Positions 1 through 10,970 of a stretch of DNA of 64,000 bases are shown in pieces. The first letter of the stretch is position 1; each line of letters begins with the position of its first letter. The notes beneath the pieces were generated by a model, which did not search any database, was not told the DNA's origin, and saw only the letters and a list, made by a program, of their open reading frames with translations. The stretch is from Diadema antillarum (taxonomy: Eukaryota). The position numbers were made by a program, and so were the translations under genes. The stretch spans positions 124,001 to 188,000 of the forward strand of contig NW_027271416.1 in NCBI RefSeq assembly GCF_040938485.1, read 5' to 3'.

Positions 1-493
1 AATCGGTGCAGAAACACTCTTCATCATCGGTAGGGTGTCTCTTACACTTCCGTCGTCTCTTAAGAGGAACTTTTCCCGAGAGTACCTCACTCATGGCTAC
101 CACTGTGTGAGTAGAGAACGGTGTCCAGCCGGAATGTTTTGAGTCACATAACTTACACATATATTTCCCACAGTCCTGACAGTAGGTAATAGCTGTCGGC
201 TTTTCGTCCATCTCACAAGCTGTGCATGTTGGATTCTTGGTTTTCACTTCGTCCACGAGAGAATTCAGGGGTACGACTGTATGTAACTTACTCACATCTC
301 CATTGGGTAGGGGCGTTTCTTTCCTGCATACAGGGCATGTTATAGCTTGTTGGTTTGGCTGAGTTTGAGAGATGCGTTCCAAGCAGTCTTTACAGAAGGT
401 GTGAGAACAGGCCAGTGATTTGGGTTGGTTGAATAGTGTCAGGCAAATGGGACACTCCAGATTCTGGCTGATGATTTGATGAAACGTTGCCAT
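1..493 (-). CDS. TRIM E3 ligase copy T1, 5' part (RING, B-box1, start of B-box2); continues beyond the left window edge
   Basis: Hand translation from ATG 493 is open to position 2: MATFHQIISQNLECPICLTLF...CSHTFCKDC...CPVC...CTACEMDEKPTAITYCQDCGKYMCKLC...CKRHPTDDEECFCTD. It is collinear with T2-T5. Confidence 0.9.
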   Translation of the reverse strand, partial: MATFHQIISQNLECPICLTLFNQPKSLACSHTFCKDCLERISQTQPNQQAITCPVCRKETPLPNGDVSKLHTVVPLNSLVDEVKTKNPTCTACEMDEKPTAITYCQDCGKYMCKLCDSKHSGWTPFSTHTVVAMSEVLSGKVPLKRRRKCKRHPTDDEECFCTD

Positions 494-1072
494 GGTGTCT
501 GCTTGTCTAATAGCAAAAGATTCAAACAAAACAAAACAAAAACAAATAGCGTTAAACGCACCAACGAATACAAGCAGAAATATGATATTAGCATTTATCA
601 AAATAAAAAGAGAGAAGTTAATGGGAAGCATGGTGTCAAAATTGTTTTGGATTCGTCATAAAGGACGAAGTAATGAAGCGCAATTTAACAGATTTGTGTA
701 TCTTTGTTCACTATACCTGTTTTCTGTGAATACTTTAAAACCGGGCTCAATAAATTTGATTTTGATGGTTCATTTGAATGGAGGAGATCACAATTTGTGT
801 AAACTTCGATGGGATGCTTTCATTATTTTCGTCCAGTATAACATCCTTCATTGTTGATTTGAATACATTATACTTACTCAATTCTGGATGACTCCCCACC
901 CCCCCCCCCCATCATCCCCAATAACACACCCACAAATCAAGCAAATGAATATTATTCAAACAACAAACAAAAGAGAAAGAATAGTGACGGATTTTTTTCA
1001 ACATAGGCCCACTTCCTTGCTTCTGCTGAGGCAAATGCCAAATTTTTGCTTCCAAGTTATCAGATACCAACA

Positions 1073-1400
1073 ATGCAATTCATTTCAATTCATTTCAATT
1101 CAATTCAATTCAAATCAATTTATTCGGAATTTTCTGCATTGAGCATAATTTTACAAATGATATACAGTCATTTTTTTTTTCTAACACAATAAGGAATACA
1201 GTCTACGTACATCCAAACATTATTGAAGTTTATGCGTACAATGGGCCGTTAACAGATTGAAGAATAGAAAAAGAAAACACGTCGTTGGGAGCTACTCAGG
1301 ATAGTGTGAAACAGATGGTCTGACTGAATTATGGTACATGTATTGTGGGATGCAATTCTTTAATTGGTATTTGTGGGAATGAGTAAAATTTGTGGGAATT
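1073..1400 (-). mobile_element. 3' end fragment of a non-LTR retroelement (AATAAA plus (TTGAA)n tail)
   Basis: On the minus strand, AATAAA (1119-1124) is followed by a (TTGAA)n tail (about 1076-1117). The same block lies at about 56995-57330 and was not seen in units T2-T4. The 5' boundary is approximate. Confidence 0.55.
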
Positions 1401-4251
1401 GTTGAGTGATAAAGCAATTAAATCCTTGACACCAGGGGAAAGTAACTCATGCAACAAAAGAAAGAGAACAAGGAAGAGGACGAGGACATCGTCATAAAAA
1501 TTTACGGATACAAACATCCCGAGGTGTTAATACTCAGTTCATACATCTCTGCCCATTACAAGCTTATTCACGCGCTAGTATAACTGTGTCTATATGGTTT
1601 ACAAAGTATTACCAATTTTAACTCTGCTCATGTTTCTAAAATGTTGTTGTCATGTTAACAACTTTCGGGGACTCAAATTTGTTGAAATGCATCTTAAGGA
1701 AGGGAATATGTCTAACATCATTATTTCATGAACCAATTAGCTGCACATGACAACAAGCGTTCTTTTAGTAAATTTGTCACTTATCTGCATACACTATAAA
1801 AAAGTTCAAAAATAACCATGAATAGCATGCACGTCTCTCTTGTGTTTCAGTCGTTTAAGTTATGAGGAGGACGTGATTGAGCAAGCCACTGTTAATACAG
1901 TAAAAAGGGAAGTTCTAAGGAGGTCTGACATGTACCAAGTTCTACTCATGTCTCCCAATTCCTCAAACGTCGATCGTTCTACACTAATTTCGGATAAGTC
2001 CTAAGGCGATGGTTTATATGCAGTTCAATTCGATTTTTATTTCATTTTTCGACAAGAAAATATAGACATCAATTTTTGGGGAGATAATGATAGATACATT
2101 TTAAACAAAAGCAGCAAAATCGTAACAGAAATGTTGACCTAACAAACAAAGGAGAATCAATCGTATAAGCTTATTTGATAAACATGCGACAAATTTTGTA
2201 AAAATTTATAGTGTCAGGCACGAGTAACATGCATGTGTGTATATCGTTTCTTATGCTTACCAAGTATGCCGCACTTCCCGATTCAAAATTGCTGATTTAT
2301 GTCTGGTTCCGAAGTCCCGCTCGGAAGTATGGGATCAAAACCTGTTGGTCTGTTCAGCGAAGGCGAACACAGTCATATATTGAATGTGGTCTTACTTTTT
2401 AGACTAAGACCCAAACAAAATATGAAAAGTTAGTTTTTGGACAGAGAGGTGCACTATGTTAGCACTGACAAAATGGCGGCGATTAAAGCAGCTTTCAGAA
2501 CAATGTTTGCATATTCTTTTGACCTTACCCTCTGAACGCTTCTATTAATAAAACTTAGAAGTGGGTTTTCCCCATATCTCAAACATTATGTGTTTATCTA
2601 AAAATCACAGCGCATTGTGCCATATACGCTTGAATGAATAAACAGCGCATAATAAAATTTTGCTTTGTATAGTGAGCTATTCATCTGACATTGATGAACA
2701 TTTTCTCAAAAGAGAAATATATCAACAAAAGTCGTCTTTTTAAGGGATCACTTCAACGAGTATCTCAGTAAAATGAGACAATTGGTTATTCAAAAATGTC
2801 CGTCTTTTATCCTTTTGGTACATAATCATCAGATTTTTTTTTAAATTCCTGAGACTTATCAAACCACGAGAATTTAAAGAGTCTAGATTGTGTGCCGATG
2901 TATTCATCATTTGATGTTCTGACTATCATGTAGAAAACTAAACTTTATTACTGATATATCTGTAAGCATATGATTATTGCATTCCACTTGATGCTGCATG
3001 GTGTTAACGAGGATACCGCAACCTTCTGAAGTTGGGGAGGGATGGTTTAGGGTTAGGGTTTGGTGGTGGTCCTGGGTAAATTCACGCCAGAAGTAAACGT
3101 TTATTTTCAGACAAGTATGCATGTCACAGTCTGCAAAAAGACTTTGATAAAGTTATATATAGGAGGGGGAGAATATCATGTTTGATCAACAATCTCCGAA
3201 ACATTCATATCGAACTGTAAAACATTGCAGGATTTTTTTTCTATTTGTTTGTTTGTTTTACTTTTAACTCAATTTAACTCCGATTAGTTTTGTGAGACAT
3301 TCTGCCGAAGATATCATATTTTTAATTAATCTGAAACGATGCCCTTTATCAGCAACCATGAACAGGGAAAATTTAAAAAAAACCCCAATATTTTCAATCT
3401 GTTGGATTATAGAGTATAGCCATATATGTCCTTCCTGTTTTCGCATCACTAAACTGGAAACACTTTTGTCATCCCTGCCATGTCATAAGCCAAAGCTTCG
3501 AATTTAATGAACTGATCCTTACCAGTCATATACTTTTGTTGTTGTTGTTCTTTGGTAGCGGGTTTTTAGTTAACACCGTAGCTGACAGTTAAAGCCAAAG
3601 AAAACATTGGGCTGAATCATTAATCTTTATTGGGAGTTTTAAGCATTAAAAGCAAATGTGATTATGGTACTATTATATAGTAACGAGTCTGACTCGGTGG
3701 AGGATTAAAACATGGTTAGTACTGATACAGAATCTCCCAATGATACATCATATTAAATATTTGTCAAGAGTGAAGTGAAGCTCCAGTCTGTGTCAAAGTT
3801 GACGCTGTTTTTTTATTGTTTGTTTGTTTTTTGTTTTGTTTTTGTTTCTTGCATGTCAGCTAAAGAAACCCGGAATTGGATAAGCTGATGAAACCCGGAA
3901 GTGCCCCCCCCCCCACACACACACACCCACACACACACACACTTTTGAAAACGTGGCGCCGGCGATGAAGTGTCATCAAAATCAGAATCCCTTCCACCAC
4001 CACCCTAAAAAAATAAAAAAATAAAAAGTAGAATGAAACAAATTTCGAAGTTTAACATATTATGCTCATGAAATGATGATAGCAATCAGACTGATATCGG
4101 ACAACTTATATTATCATGAGGTGATAATATGAGACACATAAACCTCCACTGACTTTCCTTTATTTCCTTTATTGATTTAGCATTGTTATGGAAATGAATG
4201 GTCTCATGTCCTCCAACTAAACTTAAACTTGCACCTACTTCTTACAACCAC

Positions 4252-4254
<3 letters not shown>

Positions 4255-4321
<67 letters not shown>
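4255..4321. repeat. (TA)n(TG)n compound microsatellite
   Basis: Directly visible; explains the YIYI/VCVC ORFs. Confidence 0.95.
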
Positions 4322-4323
<2 letters not shown>

Positions 4324-4959
4324 TCATTTGCTGTGTTATATAGTCAAATTATTGACAAGAAAAATAAAATCTATATTATTTTCATGCACAAACTTAAAGA
4401 TTTGTATTGTCATGGGAACATCACCGCGACTAATTTGCATAAAACGTGTCTTTGTGGCCTATCTCTCTTTCGACAAGAAAAAAACAACAACAACAGGAGA
4501 ATATTTCAAATGCCATAACTTATCAGTGCTTGTCTGGTTTTGCAGAAATATTTTTGAGATTGCCGGAATTTACACTTTTTATTGAAAAAAAAAGTGAACT
4601 CATCCATTCGAGAAGTGTTTTTTTTTTTTTGAGAGAGAGAGAGAGAGAGAATAAGACCCTTCTGCTATAAGCTTATGTCAAACAAATTTCTTCTTCACTC
4701 CTCGTTTGCTGTAGATTTGTTAAAGGCAAGAAATAAAAAATACCTGTCATGATATTATGAGATGTGTATAACACTGTGCTGCGTGTCACTGTGGGTTTGT
4801 GTGTGTACTTACGTGTTAGTCACGCAGAAGTTTTTGCTTTTGCTTTTAACCTGATCAATTTCTACCATTATTCTCTACTGTTTCATCATTACGCCATTTT
4901 CACCTCATTCTCAATTTCACTCAAGCACAAACACACCTACGAGTTTTAACACATAAATG

Positions 4960-4963
<4 letters not shown>

Positions 4964-5005
<42 letters not shown>
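4964..5005. repeat. (CA)n microsatellite downstream of homeobox gene A
   Basis: Directly visible; CA tracts occur at the equivalent spacer position in the other units (about 26115, 39350, 49960). Confidence 0.9.
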
Positions 5006-5007
<2 letters not shown>

Positions 5008-5357
5008 CATCACGTACACAAAGAAACACAGTGTAACTTATCATGCACGCACACATCCATGAATACAAATAAAACCATGTAATACTCTCAAAATGCCAAC
5101 ACAATGAAACAGGCTGAAATGAAGAAGATCTACATGTCAAAAGACAATGTTTATTAACAAACATCATGATAAACAACAATGTTGCTGAATTTAAGTCAGA
5201 ATCATCGCGAATGTCTCAGATAACAAAACAGAGTTCTGGAGCCGGAAGCATGCTGAAGGGTTTGTTTCCAGCAAAGAGTGAAATAAATATCTCAACATGT
5301 GATACTACACATCACATCTCAGTCACTCCTATAAAAAGTGAGGCATCATCACAGCGT

Positions 5358-5828
5358 TCAGTGTGGAACGACGAAGACATAAGGATGATCTAACAAGTAG
5401 AATGGCGACAGGCTGTGGTGGAGACTCACTTCACGGTACGGCGATGAATACGACGAAGTCGGTCGGCTGCTTCGGGAGAGAAAGTCTACAGACATCAAGG
5501 GATTGGTGGCGCCCTGCTGCTTTCGATGAGATGTCGTCTGCGGTAAATTGATGACGTCACGCTCGTCGCTGATACGGAAAGTCGACCAGGAATCCGATGG
5601 TCGGCTGCTACGAGACAGGAAATCGACTGACATCGCTGAGTCGTTGATGGCGAACTTCTTGGGTGGCGGTGTGTTCTGATGGTCGATGACGTCGCATTCC
5701 GTTGATCGCTTACGCTTTCCTGTGGATGAAGACTCCGGTCCCTTGATCTGGTTGTTGGTGTCTAGTCGAGCAGAGAGGGAGTTGAGTGAAGCTCGACGAA
5801 GCCGCGAACGGCGATTCTGAAACCAGAC
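5358..5828 (-). CDS. pmar1: pmar1/micro1/hbox12-family homeobox gene A, exon 2 (end of homeodomain, two eh1-like 11-aa repeats, stop)
   Basis: Acceptor ...tcttcatcttcag|GTC at 5828. Reads VWFQNRRSRLRRAS...MSVDFLSRSSR (5633-5601)...MSVDFLSRSSR (5495-5463)...PYVFVVPH*. AATAAA on the minus strand at 5150-5155. Confidence 0.85.
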   Translation of the reverse strand, partial: VWFQNRRSRLRRASLNSLSARLDTNNQIKGPESSSTGKRKRSTECDVIDHQNTPPPKKFAINDSAMSVDFLSRSSRPSDSWSTFRISDERDVINLPQTTSHRKQQGATNPLMSVDFLSRSSRPTSSYSSPYREVSLHHSLSPFYLLDHPYVFVVPH

Positions 5829-6395
5829 CTGAAGATGAAGAAAAGAAAGACATGACTTTACCCTATGTGCTTCATGCAGAAACAGAACTTGTAATGGACA
5901 TAAATCCTAAAATAAAGCTGATACACAATGTATTTGAGGATATTGTAGATAGTAGTTGGAGGGTATGGCAAATTGTTTTTATGCAACAACTGATTAACCA
6001 CAAAAAAAGTCACACACTTTGAGAAAATAATGAATTTTTAGCTCCAGGCAATGATTTTCTGGCCGGTACTGAAATGTTTGAGTTCTATATTTACGTAGGT
6101 AACATCATGATATTCATTCTAAATAAAGAAATCCAACGTGTAAACTGTATTTAACAACAGTCATATCATTTTGTCGTTCAAAGTCATTTAAACAATTTAT
6201 GCCATAAAATATAGACTTGATGATATATGTATACATCTCTATCATGATCATAAATGTTTAGATATCCATGAGATCAAATTAAATCATTTACAGGATTCTT
6301 CTTCCGTGGTTGATTGCATTTATTCATTCATACAAATGTAGGTGAAGAATATCTTTAGCATTACAATCGCTTTACACAGCCCTGATTTTACATAC

Positions 6396-6596
6396 TTGTA
6401 TTCTGTCTTCATCGAGGCCGAGTGAGGCAGCCAGTTTCTCTCTCGAAATGATGTCGGGATATCGGTCGATGTCGAATTCAGCCTTCAGCCTCTCGAGCTG
6501 CCATCCGGTGAACACGGTCGGACGTCGACGACGAAGGCCTTTGGTAGGAACGGACGTCGAGACTTGAGAGAGAATCGAGAGCGGTGAATCAGCCAT
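6396..6596 (-). CDS. pmar1: pmar1/micro1/hbox12-family homeobox gene A, exon 1 (67 codons, homeodomain positions 1-46)
   Basis: MADSPLSILSQVSTSVPTKGLRRRRPTVFTGWQLERLKAEFDIDRYPDIISREKLAASLGLDEDRIQ, then donor GTATGT at 6395. The phase-0 intron between homeodomain codons 46/47 is the PRD-class hallmark. Q50 homeodomain; spliced product 223 aa. Confidence 0.88.
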
Positions 6597-6940
6597 GCTG
6601 AATTGGATTGGTTTTGTACAGATGCTGGTTTGTAGGATAAACCTCACAAGAAAATTTGAATGAGGTGTGGTGATAGAATATATCAAAGTAGCTGGTAGCC
6701 TTGCAGTGATTAAGTGGGTTATGAATTGGAGAAGCCACGCACCACTTTCACAAGCCCTTAACAAGCAAAGTTGTTTGATTGGTCTGATAAACCGACCAAT
6801 AGGCGTGACAGGATTAGCAATTGACGTAAAGTTTGTAGTTTCATGAATGCCCACAGACTTCCACTATTCAAAGGGTAGTGTGACTGTCCTAATCTATGTC
6901 GCAAATACAAGAGGGCTATCACTTTTCCTTTGTTCATTAG
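6597..6940 (-). promoter_or_regulatory. Putative proximal promoter of gene A with TCF/LEF, Otx and CCAAT motifs
   Basis: WWCAAAG-type sites at 6682-6688, 6867-6873 and 6928-6934; GGATTA at 6811-6816; opposed CCAAT boxes at about 6778-6782 and 6796-6800. Motif matches only. Confidence 0.5.
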
Positions 6941-7479
6941 CGGTCTAATTGTCGGTCCGCTGCCGACAAACCAAACAATACCCTTGTAGCAACTTCCTAA
7001 GATCGACAAGGAACAAAAGGAGTAGAGGAACAATAGACTATTTCTTGCGCTCGTCGTACAGTCGGTTATTACAGAACATGGTTCTATTTAGAGATCTTTG
7101 AAAACTCTGAAAACTCATCTCTGAAAATTGTCTTGATGAAGAGCAAAACCAAATTTTTGCCCATGCTCAAGATGACATTATTAAATGCAGTCAAAATGAA
7201 ACCAAAAAGACATAGTGAAATTGTTATTTATAAATACAACTTTACAAACAGTCACCTTTGGAAAAAAGGGAAAATGAATAGATTCGAAGTTTAAATAATT
7301 TATATGGGGTACTAACGTCATCGACTCTTTCGCCTTTAAAAAAAGAAATACGAGAAACATAAGTCGCATTAAACTCCAGTCCGACTCATTTATTGTTCTT
7401 GACTTTTTTGTTTGTTTTTCTTTATCTTGGTGGCCCAACATTTTTTTTTTCTGTGGTCCCGGGCCACCTGATCACCGCT

Positions 7480-7711
7480 TATGTCGATCACTGTGTAATA
7501 ATAATACGCAAGTATGGACATCTATTGGAGGTTGAATTTGATGCTTACTTTAACAATAATCTCAAGTTGCAATTTGCTGAACATAGCCAGGCGTCGATGT
7601 CGCTGGTAGGAACGGACTTTGAAGTGTGATCGAGAACACTAATCTCCGTGTAACTATCGATAGCATACATAGAGTTTAGTGATCGAGAAGAGAGTGTAAT
7701 AAATCAGCCAT
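7480..7711 (-). pseudogene. Degenerate pmar1-like exon-1 relic (copy C)
   Basis: Start context aatcagccatg (ATG 7711) matches A and B, and ggtaggaacggac matches A. Reads MADLLHSLLDH*, with a shifted frame giving RHRRLAMFSKLQLE. The left boundary is approximate. Confidence 0.55.
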
Positions 7712-9503
7712 GTTGGAAAGTGGATACGACCTTAATTTAGTATAAGGCATGTAGGGTGAGAACGTTTGACGTGTGCAGCTAAGTGAAATATATATATATT
7801 TTCGATTCACCGTATGACCAGTTTTCGTTGGGAAGTTCCAATTTCCATTCAGAGAAAGTCTTACAGGTCAAATCAAAGGACCAATGGGGTTGAATAATAA
7901 CGGCACAGACTGGGACGTAGTTCGTATCTTAAGTGATCTGTCACTCGAGTTCTTTCACTGGCTGATGTAGTCCCATTCTTCAGGTATAGACTGAAAGAGA
8001 ACTGTGCGGCAATTGAACCGACAAAGTTATACTGAGACACTATGGCTTTCTTACAGAGATTACATTAATCTCTATGCTTTCTTCTCACTCGAAACGCGCG
8101 CCCTGGTTGTGATGATCCTATCATAATACCTAATCACGTGTTTGCTTTTGTTCATGACAGGATGCAAGAAATTAAGGAGCAGATCGTAAAGAATAAAGAT
8201 CGTCCTTTGAACAACCCACACAGAAGAAAGGTCTATCCTATCAAAGCGTTGAGATCAAAGTTTTGCCGAAGATTATTTTGGCGTAAAGTCTCCCTGTCAA
8301 TCATGGCCATAATATGTCAATCGTGTTGTCTTTCCATCAGTTAAGTTGAATTGTTCTGATAGTGCTATAGACACAGGTTACGTTCACTGTACAGAGAGGA
8401 CGGGCCATCATCTCCTATACAATTGATGGTCATTCAATCCTCTAGGTCCTAGTTATCGGTGTGGGTATATGTAAGCATACCTCATTTGGTTGTGTACGTA
8501 TCATATCAACGTGTCATGTATGTAAGCTTGTATGTATAAACCTGCTTTTTGATAAGAGAGAGAATATAAATGGGAGAAAGTGTAAACTTTTATATCTGAT
8601 AAATGGAAATGAAAGATTCATAATTACGTAAATATACATGCAGATAAAAGTGAAGAAAACATAGCCTTATGATAAAAGTAATAAGACGTGTTTTACCCAG
8701 AGCACACACTGATGAGGTCCTCACGCACGAATGAATCGACAAACCAGCAACCCTTGAAATTAAGAAGGCAAAATGACAACTTCACCTTGTAATACTGTGA
8801 TTCAAGAAATAAAATGCAAATCTTACAGCAACTCTTTTAAACCCTTCGATACGTATTATGCGTGTGGTACGAATTCAATACCGTTATCAAATGTCTGTAT
8901 CGCCTCTTTACTGGAATATTTGATTCTTTGTAATGATGTCATAATGACTTGATATCTGTTCAGGTTTTGTAAGAAAGCGTCGAGTCATTCTGATATAGCC
9001 ACCGGGAATGATTCCGTCTAAAGAACATGAGCTTACTGTATTACTTTTGTGCATAAGATGTATGCCGTTTGTCAGGTACCTATCATAATGGCATATTTTT
9101 GTACAGACATTCTGCATAGCTTGGGCTGTGAACATTTAGAAAGAATATGTGTGTCCATTTCTTTGTAGAGATTGTCGTTTGTTCGAATGTAGTGATAGAG
9201 GTCTATAACAGGACAAACTTTTATATCTCAAAATTACATTTCCAAGCATCAAAAGAGTCAACACTTCGTTTGCTTTCTTTGATCTCTCCCGTCTTCGTCT
9301 CTCTCTCTCTCTCACTCACTCTCTCTAGAACTCAAGTTCATGTTGTCAATGCCAACAGTTTATTTTGGCACAATATTTTTTTTTATACCAATGATTAATT
9401 TCATTTTATCAAAATAAGCTCTTGTTTAGATAGCATGAGCTTGAGTTCTGTTCTATGTTTCAATATTATTGCAACAACACGTGGACTCCTTTCTTTCTTT
9501 CTT

Positions 9504-9504
<1 letters not shown>

Positions 9505-9567
<63 letters not shown>

Positions 9568-9825
9568 GTGTGAATGCAAATAATGAAGGCCATACACTGG
9601 TACTGTAAATGGTCGATACCCCTTCTCACAGTCTATATATATATATATATATATATATGAGTGTGTGTGATAAAACATCTGTGTTTATGTTTTTATGTTT
9701 TCATGGTATGGTCCTTTTGCATATAGTATGTGTAAGACTCATTTTAAAAAACATAAAAACACTAAAAACAGAAACAAAATACACCAAATGCACAGGCACT
9801 CTCTATACAGATAAACCAAATGTAT

Positions 9826-9905
<80 letters not shown>
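9505..9905. repeat. Cluster of (CT)n, (TA)n and (CA)n microsatellites
   Basis: Directly visible tracts at about 9510-9567, 9634-9658 and 9835-9904. Confidence 0.9.
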
Positions 9906-9910
<5 letters not shown>

Positions 9911-10266
9911 ACTACGAATTCATCCAGCCACACAACGGTCATACACTTCAACTTTAAAAAGAAATATACTCCTGAATGACAAATTTGTTCAAAGAAAATG
10001 ATTTGGTAATAAACAGGTGTATTTATTTACAATCATAATTCAGAATTCTGTTCAAAGCTGAAAGTCATAGTGGGTTACTATGATAACACAAACAAAACCA
10101 TTGCTCCACGTCACAGAACAGGTTTCACTGGGACTCGTCACGACGAATGTCCAGGATCAAGATGGCATGATAATAATTTATGATACTGCAATCGTTATGT
10201 AGAATGGCGATGGGCTGTGGTAATAGAGACTACAATTGCTTTGAAAGTTCGGCAGCATCACAGTGT

Positions 10267-10737
10267 TCAGTAAGGTACGACGAAGACATAAGGATAGTCA
10301 AAAATGTAGAATGGCGACGGGTTGTGGTAGAAACTCCCTTCACGGTAAGGCGATGGATACGAAGAAGTCGGTCGGCTGCTTCGGGAGAGGAAGTCTACAG
10401 ACATCAAGGGATTGGTGGCGCCCTGCTGCCTTCGATGAGATGTCGTCTGCTGCAAACTCATGATGTCACGCTTCTCGTTGATGCGGAGAGTCGACCAGGA
10501 ATCCAGTGATCGGCTGCTACGAGACAGGAAATCGACTGACATCGGTGAGTCGTCGATGGCGAACTTCTTGGGCTGCGGTGTGCTCTCCTGGTCGATGACG
10601 TCAGTTGTTGCAAAGTGTTTCCTCTTACGTAGGCAGTGGGTCTCACTTTCCGCAACACCGAGACGGTTGTCGATGGAAGGTGAGAAGGACTTTAGGGAGG
10701 ATCGACGATGACGTGAGCGACGGTTCTGAAACCAGAC
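10267..10737 (-). CDS. pmar1: pmar1/micro1/hbox12-family homeobox gene B, exon 2
   Basis: Acceptor ...tttccttctag|GTC at 10737. Reads VWFQNRRSRHRRSS...MSVDFLSRSSR x2...PYVFVVPY*. Same length (471 nt) as exon 2 of A; AATAAA on the minus strand at 10022-10027. Confidence 0.85.
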   Translation of the reverse strand, partial: VWFQNRRSRHRRSSLKSFSPSIDNRLGVAESETHCLRKRKHFATTDVIDQESTPQPKKFAIDDSPMSVDFLSRSSRSLDSWSTLRINEKRDIMSLQQTTSHRRQQGATNPLMSVDFLSRSSRPTSSYPSPYREGSFYHNPSPFYIFDYPYVFVVPY

Positions 10738-10970
10738 CTAGAAGGAAAATGAATAGAATATGACTATTAAGAAACAAACAAAACAACAGTCTATCGTTCT
10801 ATCCTTATACCGCAAGCCTGATCAATTTGGTCTCTTGAGACACTAGTTGGACAGCTTCGATTACAGTTTGTTTGTATAGAAACTGAATCAGTATTCATTC
10901 GGTAATAAGCAAGAAGAATTGTTGATAATAAGAGCTTATTTTATTTGCTCCTATAATTTCATGCTATTAT

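Noticed and set aside
6597-6854. 86-aa N-terminal extension of homeobox A in the ORF track
   Set aside because: Copies B, C and E start at the equivalent MAD/MVD ATG, and the extension runs through promoter motifs.
8700-8745. CTGATGAG...CGAA hammerhead-like core (a similar one lies at about 14523-14555)
   Set aside because: GAAA is replaced by GAAT or GAAG, stem II pairs poorly, and no UH cleavage site with matching stems was found. At most a decayed relic.
10180-10711. Several plus- and minus-strand ORFs overlapping homeobox exon 2 (also 5363-5551, 13252-13440 and 24969-25208)
   Set aside because: Antisense or alternative-frame shadows of GC-richer homeobox coding sequence.
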